A stretch of 64,000 nt of DNA, from assembly GCF_006345805.1 (NCBI RefSeq), contig NC_043001.1, forward strand, positions 18,228,001 through 18,292,000, in the 5' to 3' direction. The DNA comes from Octopus sinensis. Its lineage: Eukaryota. Position 1 is the first letter of the stretch. Every line of letters starts with the position of its first letter. A model generated the notes under the pieces. It was not told the origin of the DNA and did no database searches. It saw only the letters and a list, made by a program, of their open reading frames with translations. Shown here one piece after another: positions 26,788 to 38,440 of this stretch. The position numbers and the translations under genes were made by a program.

Positions 26788-26882
26788 TTCATCCAGTACA
26801 AGCATACTACATTTACTGCTTTTGACTACATTTTTATTCAGTAAATCGAGAATTCTCCCAGGAGTGGCCACTATGACATGGA
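26788..26882 (-). CDS. DDX6: DDX6 coding exon 5 ([14 protein letters not shown]...MLVLDE)
   Basis: TPGR motif and first half of motif II. ttttcag acceptor, GTAAGT donor; 95 nt. Confidence 0.97.
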
Positions 26883-27086
26883 CTGAAAATATAAAAGACA
26901 GCTTGTAAGTACTATCATTTAAAAATACATGCAAGATTTTCACTTTTCTACTGGAATGCACTAACTAAATGCAAATGAATTTACTAAAATGTGGTCTTAA
27001 GCTAATTTTGAGAATAAATCCACATGAAATTGATGCAAGGTTTTTAATTTAGAACATTAAAAGTCTGGCAGTGAAAAGTTCCTTAC

Positions 27087-27230
27087 CCTGATCATAAAGT
27101 CTCATAATATCATCCTTGAGATTTGTACCACCCGTTGTAACCATGACTTGGCAGCCAATATGCTTACTGAGTTCACGACAAATTTGACTAGTTTGTAGTG
27201 CAAGTTCCCTGGTTGGAACAATGACCAAAG
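27087..27230 (-). CDS. DDX6: DDX6 coding exon 4 (motifs Ia/Ib: [16 protein letters not shown]...[17 protein letters not shown])
   Basis: ttcag acceptor, G|GTAAGG donor; 144 nt, phase 1 to phase 1. Confidence 0.97.
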
Positions 27231-27487
27231 CTGAAATTAAAATTTTCGAAATTCAAGTTAAGATCAGAAAATATAAATTCATATGAAAATTTCAAAACTT
27301 AGAAATTACAAGTTTAAAATACATTTCAAAACTGATGGAAAAAAAAAATGCATGAAATTTAAGATTTAAATTAAACTTCCAAAATACATTTCTACATCCA
27401 ATTTAAAATTGGAATTGTCAAAAATTACTTATTGACTGAAAGTTTAATTTTATATATAATCTAAATTGTGGAAATGCAACAATTTAC

Positions 27488-27722
27488 CTTGTACTTCATC
27501 TCTGCCTGGATCACATCTTTCCAAAATGGGAATAGCATAAGCTCCCGTTTTACCCGTTCCGTTTTTTGCTCTGGCAACAATGTCTCTTCCAGTTAGAGCA
27601 ATAGGGATGCTAGCTTCCTGAATTGGTGAGGGTTTTTCCCATCCTTTTTCAAAAATTCCCATTAATAATTCTCTTTTCAAGCAGAAGTCATCAAATTCAT
27701 TTCCTTTTGTGTTCGTTACATC
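27488..27722 (-). CDS. DDX6: DDX6 coding exon 3 (Q motif and motif I: [36 protein letters not shown]...AKNGTGKT...)
   Basis: Diagnostic DDX6 peptide. ctag acceptor and G|GTAAAT donor; 235 nt. Confidence 0.97.
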
Positions 27723-28030
27723 CTAGATGAAAAAAAATCAGAAATTAAGCTTAAATACACAAAAACCTCTTTCATCCTACCTAAAAAGCAATTAGAACAT
27801 GGTTAGGCAAGTTGTTAATTTAACCCTTTAGCATTTAAACCGGCCAAAATATTCTCCCCTGTTTTATGTTCAAATTGGCCAGATCTGGCTTCTGACACCA
27901 ACCCTACTATATAATTCTAAAAATGAATAGTTACTTCATCAAAATCTCAAAGCTACAAGATAATGCAGGATCAATTTAAAACAATGAATAAATAAGCATT
28001 ACTTTTGATAGAATAATGCAAATACTAAAG

Positions 28031-28231
28031 CAGTGCTTTTCAAACATTTTGCTTGAGCGGAACCCCAAGGAAACATTCCACTGGCTTGAGGAACCCCTGT
28101 GCAATAATTTAATAGTCTTTTGCACACATATCTGCACAGGAGAATTAAAAATTACTGCCGATTTAAGCAGTTTTGTAACTTCTAGCAGAACCCCTGGACT
28201 GTACTGGCAGAAACCTGGTTGAAAACCACTG
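28031..28231. mobile_element. hAT-like (Charlie-type) MITE nested in a TTAA-MITE
   Basis: TIRs CAGTGCTTTTCAA / TTGAAAACCACTG and a perfect 8-bp TSD, TACTAAAG. Confidence 0.88.
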
Positions 28232-28639
28232 TACTAAAGGGTTAAAATAACTTGTGTCTTGCCCGAAATAAAACAGGCATGCTAAATTCAACATTATACA
28301 TTGGTACTAAGGATCACCCACTTCCAAAATCCTATTGGTTTCAGGGACTAATACTGACTTGCATTCAAACTACCACATTTAGCTTGACAAGTTATGGGAT
28401 GGTGCCTTAGAGTATATCTTACAAAACTTTGGGTTGAGAAATGTAAATTTTAGACAAGTAAAAATTAAATACATTTTAGCATCTAACCTGTTCCAATTCC
28501 CATACCATGAATGGACAAAGCTCCCAAACTAGTTCTGTAGCATGCCAACAAATGGCGCACGGATATGCAGTGAGCTAGCAGTGCCCTTCATGAGGCAGTG
28601 TACCAAGTGATGGTGCTGTGTTTACATGATGTGTATGCT

Positions 28640-29285
28640 GTAATCTGCAATTTTTTTCCAAGGACAAAGTTGGAACAAAGAGCCAACATGACATTTTGCA
28701 TTAAATTTGGGAAGTCTGCTACAGAGACATTATGCATGTTTTGGCAATTGGTCGTATAGAATGTTTCAAGTGGCTCAAGCACTTTCAAAAGGCAGAACAT
28801 CCCTGGAAGATGAGCAATCTGGAAGACCTGCCACGAGCATCATCCATAGAAATGTGGAGGAAATTCAGTTGGTGCATGAAGATAGACATTTTGAAGCATG
28901 TGAGGAAGGACATTTGGTGGAAAACAACCGGATCTGTAGAGCACAAATTGGATTCTTCATGACAATACACTGCCATTGAGCTCTCTTCACTCATGATTGT
29001 CTCACCTAAAGCAGTATCACTTCCACACCCTTTTCACCAAGTCTAACACCTGTGGACTTCCATCTTTGCCAAGATGAAAATGCAGTTCAAAGGGCACTTT
29101 TTAAAAAAAGTTGAGATCCAGAGCAAATCACAGAAGGTCCCTGACCTGCTTATGGAAAAGGACTTCTGGGCCAGATTCCAAAAGTGGCAGGAATGCTGGA
29201 ACCAGTGAATTGCTGTGTAAGGGAACTATTTCGAAGTAGCTGTAAAAATCTTAATTTAACTAGTCCTGGAATTGATACCTCATTT
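28640..29285 (+). mobile_element. Mariner-like transposon relic with internal deletion, in a DDX6 intron
   Basis: Peptides EQRAN..FC.K.GKSATET and TSLEDE.SGRP, plus a decayed C-terminus (FQKW.ECW...GNYFE). Terminal-like ctagtcctggaa..tgatacctc. Confidence 0.65.
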
Positions 29286-29988
29286 TATATAATCTATTCA
29301 AAACAGGTTTTAATAAAAACTTTCGCAAATTAAATTCACTTGTTACATCTCCACCTTCAGACACTGGTCTCACAAAACCTGCAACAAGTCTACAGATACA
29401 GACAATTGCCAAGCCTCAGTAAAGCCCATAGAATAACATTCCCAAAAGGACAAAATATTCAGAAACATTTCAAACTTGAATAATGGAGAAATGTATTGGA
29501 ATGTTCAGATCTATCAGACCAGCTTAGCAGTTCAATAATTCCTTAGTTGAAGACTAATGGGTACTGTACTCAGCAGAGGACTGTAGATATAAATTTCATC
29601 GATAGCTAGACAGGCAACTAAGGGTTATAATAAGTCTTAAAAACCAAAAACAATTCACTCTACATCAGGGTTCACCTAATGACCTTATACTACCAACAAG
29701 TGGTCCAAACAACCATTACAAATAATATACTCAAAGCTAATACCACAACTAAGATTTCAATGCACCTTCTGATGAGCCAACTGCTAAGTTAAGGGTTTAA
29801 TATATCACAACCTTTATGCAACTATCAACTTATAATACCCCACTTTCAGCCACATACAAAAAAGAATTTTAATTAAAACTGGACTGTAATACAATTCCCC
29901 ATTCCATTCATATATACACTGTACACAAACTTAGGAATGCAATTTCGGTTTAAAAAAATAAAAATATAAAGTTTATAAAAACACTTAC

Positions 29989-30049
29989 TGAAGTTCTAAC
30001 TCTGTGATCTCTTTCAGGTATATTTAATTTTGCTTTCCAACCGGAATCA
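29989..30049 (-). CDS. DDX6: DDX6 coding exon 2 ((N)DSGWKAKLNIPERDHRVRTS)
   Basis: ttttttcag acceptor and GTAAGT donor. The peptide matches the DDX6-family motif W-K-x-x-L-x-x-P-x-x-D-x-R-x-x-T that precedes the Q motif. Confidence 0.93.
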
Positions 30050-30251
30050 CTGAAAAAAAGAATTCAGATACATTATTTCACACTGGAACTGAAATGAATT
30101 TACAAATTAATCCATAATTACACTAATAAGGATCTAGTTAGATAAAATTTTCGGTATTTAAGATAGCACGAGGGGGCTAATGCCCAATATTTGTTAATTT
30201 CGTTTCAAATTTCTTTATCGAAGTCCTTAAAATAAGAGTATTTATACTCAC

Positions 30252-30355
30252 TTTGCATTTTGTGCTCCTGAGTTCTGTTCAATACTAGCGAGTAATGACT
30301 GATTGACATTACCAATGTTTCCGATACTAAGGTTCTGATCATCAACCGAATCCAT
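30252..30355 (-). CDS. DDX6: DDX6/Me31B RNA helicase, coding exon 1 (start codon; MDSVDDQNLSIGNIGNVNQSLLASIEQNSGAQNA)
   Basis: ATG at 30355-30353 in AAAATGG context. Donor AA|GTGAGT at 30251 (phase 2) joins in frame to the next exon. Acceptor ttttcag at 30423, so the exon starts at 30422. Confidence 0.85.
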
Positions 30356-30449
30356 TTTAAAGCTAAAGTGTCATCCACCAACAAAAAAAATGTTTTTTTC
30401 AGCCTGATACAGGCAACAGCAACTGAAAATAAAAATGAGAAAATACCGA

Positions 30450-31620
30450 ATATAACTTCCAAGCAGAATTTTTACCAAGTTCCTCAATTCTCACGTGCCA
30501 ACCTTAATTCTTTTAGGAGTTCTTGTGTAAAATCGTTCCAAAATAACTATTTTCTAAAATTTTGATAGCAAATATAAACCCGCTTCGAATTTGAGCACAT
30601 TCAAAAATTGTTAGACATAGAAAGCTGCAACAATATTTCGTTATATAATGGTATATACGTTTATATTCGTTGTTGTCCACGAATTCTCGTGGACAAGAAC
30701 GAATTGTTGAGTCTCCCAAAATCGAATACAATTGCAGTCAACGAATTATCTCAAAAGCTCAATTACGTAAAATAGCTAAAACACTCATTACTACAAATAA
30801 CGCAAAAAATAAAACTAAGTAGCGTAACTCACCCGGGTACAATAGGGTTTTTGCTTCCTTAACGGGGGTAGACTTAGACCAGTTTGGTTCGTGGGGGAAC
30901 CACTAAACTAAAAAGCTTCTTGCACCGGTTACGACTGAGAGAAAAATTCCATAGATTACTTCACTGAAAGAGGTCAGGCATGAAGTGAAACCAAGTATGT
31001 GGATTTCTAATTGCTTTAAACTGACGGAGGATAAACAGAAGTGTGTAAAATAACCTCAACCTGTTAAACGGCAGACCGAAACTGAAACAAAAGACACCCA
31101 ATGAACATCTTAAAGAATAAACAAAGATGGCTGCCAGCCTGTGTCCCAAGCAACTCGGGTGAGGCAGGTTCTCGCGACTGCATACATACGGTCGACGAAT
31201 AAAAGGGGAATTTCGACACTTTCTCTGGCGAACAACTTAAAATAGTCGACCAATAACCGTTTTATGAAGTTGGAGCTGGTTTTCTTTCAACAGGAAATTT
31301 CATATCCACAGTTGAAAATTAAAGCATTTAGCGCACACACACACACGGCAAGGAAGGAAAGAGAGAGAGGAGGGGGGGTCTTCTTGCCGAACTTCCTAAA
31401 AAAGTAGTTCGTGTGTGAAAAAAAATAAAAGGAGAAAGTATCTAATTCAGTGTAGTGGCGAAAAAATACTATCTAAGCTCCAATTTTCATTAGACTTTCA
31501 TTATTCGAGCTGATTAGTAAATGGTTAATGAGTCTTGGAAGGGAAATAAAGATTTAATTAAGAGAAATATTTAAATGGCAGAATTACGTCCCTTCAGAGC
31601 GTGAAGAGCAAAGAAGATGG
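30450..31620 (-). promoter_or_regulatory. Probable DDX6 promoter/first-exon region
   Basis: Repeat-free and CpG-rich relative to its flanks. YY1-like AAGATGGCTGC at 31124-31134, E-box CACGTG near 30494, purine/pyrimidine tract 31345-31380. The exact TSS cannot be determined. Confidence 0.55.
30833..30963 (-). other. DDX6: Predicted non-coding 5'UTR exon of DDX6
   Basis: Acceptor cctctttcag at 30964 and donor CGG|GTGAGT at 30832, in a repeat-free, CpG-retaining region. A further upstream donor, ACC|GTATGT, lies at 31189. Confidence 0.6.
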
Positions 31621-34094
31621 GGGTGTGAGGAACGATTTACCTGCGGGGGAATTTAATATATTTATATATATATATATAAGGAATATTAAACTATAACCAA
31701 AATATACAATATAAATTAAAGCTTACTTGGTATTTTTTTAAAAAGATATAACGCATTAAACTCCCCACTACGCAAGTGTTCAATAAAAAAAAAACCCAAA
31801 ATGAACTCTTGCTAAAAATGAAAGTGGGAAAAATAAAATGAAAAAGTTGCCAACTTTTTGTGTAAAAACGGTTCGTTAAAGCGTATTAAACTGAAAAAAG
31901 GATTCAATTTTTCTAAATTAAGATTGTTTAATGTTAGTATCATTAACTTATTCTAATCTAGGAAAAAAAAATAATTGAACAAAGGTGGTTTATTTCCCCC
32001 CACCTCTTCCCATAGAAATATGACAATGTGAAATAAAATTCATCCAAAAGCGCCACTTGGAAATAACACAGAACTCCAGATACATTATAGATTTATATAA
32101 AGAACACAGGCACTCGTGTGCGCCTCTATAGAATAATATACATACATATATACTATTTCTTTATTGCCCACATATACATATATATATATAGTACAAAGAT
32201 ATGAATGTAACCCACTATGGGATATCAATTATCCAATATACTTGGTACCCAAATTCTTAATACATAAATGTATTTAATTGCAATGCAATTCATTTATTGT
32301 ATTAAATGTGTTTCTCCATTTTCCTATTTGTATCATATATATATATATGGATGTATATTTCACACATCTACACATATAATAAATATAATATATATATATA
32401 TTCATGTGTGTGTGTGTGTATATATACATATATATATATATAGTACAAAGATAGGGGTTATGAATGTAACCCACTATGGGATATCAATTATCCAATATAC
32501 TGTTGGTTGGTAAAGTACCCAAATTCTTAATACATAAATGTCTTTAATTGCAATGCAATTAATTCATTTATTGTATTAAATGGGTTTCTCCATTTTCTTA
32601 TTATATACATAAATATATATATATATATTATATATATATACACACATGTATATATATACACACACATATGTATGTATATATATATATATATATGGATGTA
32701 TAGTTCACACACATCTACACATGTATGTATAAACAAAAAAAAGCCAAGCCATACCAGCTTAGAATTCAATTAATAAATATACTTTTATTTTATTCAAGCT
32801 AAAAAAAACTAATATCAAAATAGCACATGGATTAAATAGAGTAAAAGAAAGAGAAGCTTTCTACGACAAAACCAATATATTTATGTATATACATACAACC
32901 ACATATATATATTAGAGAGAGAGAGGACGAAATGCATGAGAATTTTTATAAATGAATTGGGAATAAAAGAGAGAAAAATGAACGATTATAAAGTTACAAA
33001 CCTCACAGAACTGTCTTTTTTCTTTTAAGCTTGTATAAATAAATATACATACAGGTATACATATATTTTATATAAATATTTCTATAGTGTAAGAGCCGTA
33101 AAATTGAGTTATGGCAATATTTTTTTTTTTTTTCAAAGATGTTATCTTTTGTTTTTGTGTGCTAAAGAGATTTCTGATGGATATTCCGCTGCGTCAAGTG
33201 ATAGTAATTAAGAAAATTGTCATAGAGAGTGATAGAGAAGTATCAATGGCAAAATGTCGATTACGATATACCGTTCAGTATGAATTCCGTGCGCAGGATG
33301 AAAGGCGATTTTTATAAGCAAGATCTTTTGCTCAACATAACATAGCAAATATCTAATATGGCCGTGTTCGTATGCAAATATCTTGAGCAATACCCATTAA
33401 ACAGACGTTCCAAATTATGCTTATATTAAGCGCATTCCTTCCTTTTTTTTTCTGTATTAATATTTTATTTTGTTAATTTTTTCCTTATTCGAATCTGGCT
33501 TTAAATAATATTTTAATATTATATCGCTCAGAAGAAAAAGAATCAAAGGTGCTTTTGACCTCTAGAGGTTAAAGGTCTGAATTAGAATACGGATTTAAAT
33601 GATTACAATTAAATTGCTCTTACGTTAAAAATTGTTTTAAGTTTTAAAACCAAATAATTGTTTTTAATACTAAATTTGCGAAATTTTTAATCAGATGTTG
33701 AATTTCAACTACGAAAACAAGGCTTCAATCAATTGTAGAACGATATAGCGCCAACATGGTTTCTATTTTACATCCGGCACACAGACACACGCACACACAT
33801 ACATAGATACGCAGACAGACATATACATACATATACACGCATACGCGCACGCATCTGCTGTGTGTATCTATACATTATGAGTATGTATATGCGTATGAAC
33901 ATTCATACACACACACATACATACATACATACATACATACAAACATACATACATACATATATATATATACTTACATATATATATATACATATAATCTACA
34001 GAAAATTACATAAGTGACTAGAGTGCCATGCATGGCACTTACCAGACTGACTTCAAATCTGGGAGTTTGCCACTAACCTCTCCCAATCTCTCTG

Positions 34095-34131
<37 letters not shown>

Positions 34132-34400
34132 ATATCTATCTATCTATTTATCCATCAATCTATCTATCTATCTATCTATCTTACTATATGTATATACTCT
34201 TTACTCATTTACTTGTTTCAGTCATTGGACTGCGGCCATGCTGGAGCACCGCCTTTAGTCGAGCAAATCAACCCAGGACTTCTTTTCTGTAAGCCTAGTA
34301 CTTATTCTATCGGTCTCTTTTGCCGAACCACTAAGTTATGGGGACGAAAACACACCAGCATCTGTTGTCAAGCGATGTTGGGTGGACAAACACAGACACA

Positions 34401-34436
<36 letters not shown>

Positions 34437-34615
34437 CATATATTCGTCAGGCTTCTTTCAGTTTCCGTCTACTAAATCCACTGACAAGGTTTTGGTTGGC
34501 CTGAGGCTATAGTAGAAGACACTTGCCCAAGGTGCGATGCAGTGGGACTGAACCCAGAACCATGTGGTTCGCAAACAAGCTCCTTATTGCACAGCCACTC
34601 CTGCACCTGTGTATA

Positions 34616-34983
34616 TCTCTCTCTATATAAACGGCAGTTTGTCTGTGCGTTTTCTGTGTGTCTGTTTTCTCGTACCCTCACTCTGACCACGGCTTTCAAC
34701 CGATTCTGATGAAACTTGACACACACATAGCCCAATGTCATAATTCAAAACTAACGCAGCGAAAATTTTGAAAAGTTCCCCCAGTTCTGAAAAAAATCGA
34801 TAAATTCGACATGGGGTCGAGAATCAGAAACACAAACCACAGACCGTCTAGGGGACGCAACTCGACCTTTTTAACTAAAAAAAAATTTACCATCATTTTT
34901 TTCCCATTTTTTGGCTATAACTCTAAAAATGCTTTATAGTTATTTCCCTTACAAACCCGAGCAACACCGGGCGATACTGCTAG
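34616..34983 (+). mobile_element. Non-autonomous Helitron
   Basis: A|TC 5' end (TCTCTCTCTATATAAA), 3' hairpin CCCG-N8-CGGG, then CTAG|T. No TSD. Confidence 0.75.
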
Positions 34984-35084
34984 TATATATATAAAGGGAA
35001 AGTTTACGAAAATAAACAAAGAACGAAGGCGGGTGGAGTACAAACAAACAAATGTATCAGTATAGCACTCAGGAATAGAAAAAG

Positions 35085-35117
35085 TCTTTTACGTTTCGAG
35101 CCTATGCTCTTCAGCAG
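35085..35117 (-). ncRNA. Degenerate hammerhead-like motif (probable PLE terminal-repeat relic)
   Basis: CTGCTGA-A-GAGC/ATAG/GCTC-GAAA-CGTA. A6 is mutated and the stem I 5' strand is missing. Confidence 0.35.
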
Positions 35118-36489
35118 CCTATGAACTTTTCAGTCACCAATTGATTTTTCCTATTTTCTCTTGTTTGCAGCTACATATATGAATTTAATTCTGGTTTGGC
35201 ATTATTCAGAATTTTTATTTTATTAGACACCACAATAAAAAAAAATTTTAATTATTGTGAAAAAATGATATCAATGAATTTATATGTGAACAAGTCTTTG
35301 GACTCATAGGGTCAGTTACCCATTCCCCATGGTGTATAAGTAGCCAATATCAAGACATCTTCCCTGAATGGGACACTGGTCCTTTAAAGGGTTTCTCGTT
35401 TGCAGATGAGTGGACTGGTGTGATGTGAAATTAAGTATTTTTGCTCAAAAACACTATGCATCTCTTCATCCAGGAACTGAGATCAAGATTTTGCATTCAT
35501 GAATGCAACACCTTACCCACTAAGCTACATGTCTTCACCACTGACTGGTATCAATTTGGAAATTCTAATCAAGAAATGGGAGGCACAATGGCCCAGTGGT
35601 TAGGGCAGCAGACTCGCGGTTGGAGGATTGTGGTTTCAGTTCCCAAACTGGGCGTTGTATTGAGCGAAAACACCTAAAAAGCTCCACGAGGCTCTGGCAG
35701 GGAGCGGTGGCGACCCCTGTTGTACTCTTTCGCCACAACTTTCTCTCACTCTTTCTTCCTGTTTCTTGAGTAATGCTGCGATGGACTGGCATCCCGTCCA
35801 GTTGGGGGGAACATATATGCCACAGAAACCGGGACACCAGGCCCATGAGCCTGGCTAGGCTTGAAAAGGGCACATTTTTAAAAAATTGAGAAATAGCTAA
35901 GTCTTCCATGTATATATTAACAAATAGTGAGGAAATGGATTTAAAAAAGAGATTGCTATCAGGAAGACATCAGGGAGGCCACAAAATGTTTTATAGAAAC
36001 ACAAGATGTCAGAAAATAAGGAAGTTATTAACCCTTTAGAATTTAAACCAGCCATATCTGGCCCAAATATTCTTACTGTTTTATGTTCAAATTGGCTATA
36101 ACTGGCCTCTCACAGCTATCCTCCAATGATATTCCAAAAATTTTTAATCACATCAGCGAAATCTTGAAGCTACAAGATAATGCATGTTTAATTCAAAATA
36201 ATGCAGTTAAATATACATCACATTTGACATAGAAATCTGAATGCTAAAGGGTTAGACATTGATTTGCAGCTGTTAGAGAGATTGTGTAGATTGTTAATTT
36301 TCTGGATATGTTGCCATGCAGTATAAAAACTATATCGATAGCTCTTGGGTGTCAATGAAGGAGTTGCAAGAAATAAGCCAAAGATTTTAACTGCTAATAG
36401 GAATAAAAGGTTCAACTGCACTAAAAAATTGCTCAATAATGAAGACAATAATTAATATGGTCTGACAAAAGTAATTCCTGACAATTCTC

Positions 36490-37110
36490 CATCATCATCA
36501 TTGTTTAACGTCTGCTTTCCATGCTAGCATGGGTTGGACGATTTGACTGAGGACTGGCGAACCAGATGGCTGCACCAGGCTCCAATCTGATCTGGCAGAG
36601 TTTCTACAGCTGAATGCCATTCCTAAAGCCAACCACTCCAAGAGTGTAATGCATACTTCTACGTACCACCAACACGAGGGCCATTCAGGTGGTACTGGCA
36701 ATAGCCATGCTCAAATGGTGTTTTTTACGTGCCACCTGCACAGGAGCCAGTCCAGCGGCACTGGCAGCGACCTCGCTCGATTGTTTTTTTCAAGTGCCAG
36801 TAAGGTGATGCTGGTAACGATCACACTCGAATGGTACTTTTTACGTGTCACCTCCACGGAAACCAGTTTGCTGCTCTGGCAACGATCACACTCGGATGGT
36901 GCTCTTAGCACTCCACTAGCACGGATGCCGGTCATCGAATTTGATTTCGATTTCGATTTCACTTGCCTCAACAGGTCTTTGCAAGCAGAATTTAGTGTCC
37001 AATGAAGGAAAGGTACACATAAGTGAGCTGGTTACACCCCTGGTATAAGCCACAAGGTTATGGTCTCACTTGGCTTGCCGGGTCTTCTCAAGCACAGCAT
37101 ATTTCCAAAA
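36490..37110 (-). mobile_element. RTE 3'UTR fragment
   Basis: catcatcattgtttaacgtctgctttccatgctagcatgggttggacg tail plus the gatttcgatttc motif shared with the RTE 3'UTRs. Confidence 0.75.
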
Positions 37111-38355
37111 GTGCCAGGGGAAATACATGTGGAACAGTAAAACTGAAACAAGGGAACCGGGTTGTTTGAAAGGAACAGCAAAATATAAAGGAGTTATATT
37201 ATGGGGGGTGAGTGAAGGGCAGCTTGGGTGATAGGCAGAATGGAGTTAATTTTTGTTAAAAATTCACTAAATGGTCTAAATACTGCCAAATTCTTGAAAA
37301 GGGTCTATTATGTCATAGAAGCAAACTATTCTCAAATTTGATAAGGGACTCTGAATCAAATCTCTGAAATAGGTTGCTCACAGGCCTGATCTTTATCTAA
37401 TTGAACCACAGATAGGATGATCTCCATAGAGGGCTGCAAGCAAGAACCTTGAAAAATACATCAGTTATAGAACTGAAAGTTCAAATTGACTGGAAAATGA
37501 ATAAACATGAATCAGTTTACCATTGGTGCCTAATCAAGTGAAAGCAATGATATTAGATAAAGGAGGGTTCACAAAATACTAACAGGAAATTTCATTGATT
37601 TTCAATAACCATGAGTTAACTTAATGTTTCTTGTATCACCCTAACTATAAAGTTAGTGCAGGCCACCATATGTGTATGCATGTGTACGTATGTATGAAGT
37701 TATTGTAGACCATTGTACATGTGTGTCCATCATCATCATCATCGTTTAACGTCCGCTTTCCAGGCTAGCATGGGTTGGACGATTTGACTGAGGAATGGCG
37801 AACCAGATGGCTGCACTAGGCTCCAATCTTGATTTGGCAGAGTCTCTACAGCTGGATGCCCTTCCTAATGCCAACCACTCCGAGAGTGTAGTGGGTGCTT
37901 TCATGTGCCACCAGCATGAGGGCCAGTCAGGTGGTATTGGCAACAGCCATGCTCAAATGGTGCCTTTTATGTGCCACCTGCATAGGAGCCAGTCCAGCGG
38001 CACTGGTAACGACCTCGCTGAAATGTTTTTTCATGTGCCACCAGCACAAGTGCCAGTAAGGTGACGCTACATATAAACATATATTCTTTTACTCTTTTAT
38101 TCTTTTACTTGTTTCAGTCATTTGACTGCGGCCATGCCGGAGCAATGTCTGAATTAAATAGTATTAATTAAATATCTATCACGGCTGGTCTTACCAATCA
38201 GTTTCGCATGAAATCAAATAATGGAGGCAACAAACCATTTATACAATATATGATCGTCAGAGATAGCCAATGTGGCAGAGGAAATGGCAATGGTCTCTTA
38301 GACAACTCAAGACGTATATATATATATACACACACACACACATATATATCTATAT

Positions 38356-38392
<37 letters not shown>

Positions 38393-38395
38393 CAC

Positions 38396-38440
<45 letters not shown>

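Noticed and set aside
31127-31164. Plus-strand ATGGCTGCC...CTCGG|GTGAGG, a possible first exon of a divergent gene
   Set aside because: It overlaps a YY1-like motif in the DDX6 promoter, and no in-frame downstream plus-strand exon could be found.
33340-33400. Octamer ATGCAAAT (33372-33379) with a YY1-like motif, suggestive of an snRNA promoter
   Set aside because: No recognisable snRNA or other Pol II/III ncRNA lies nearby.
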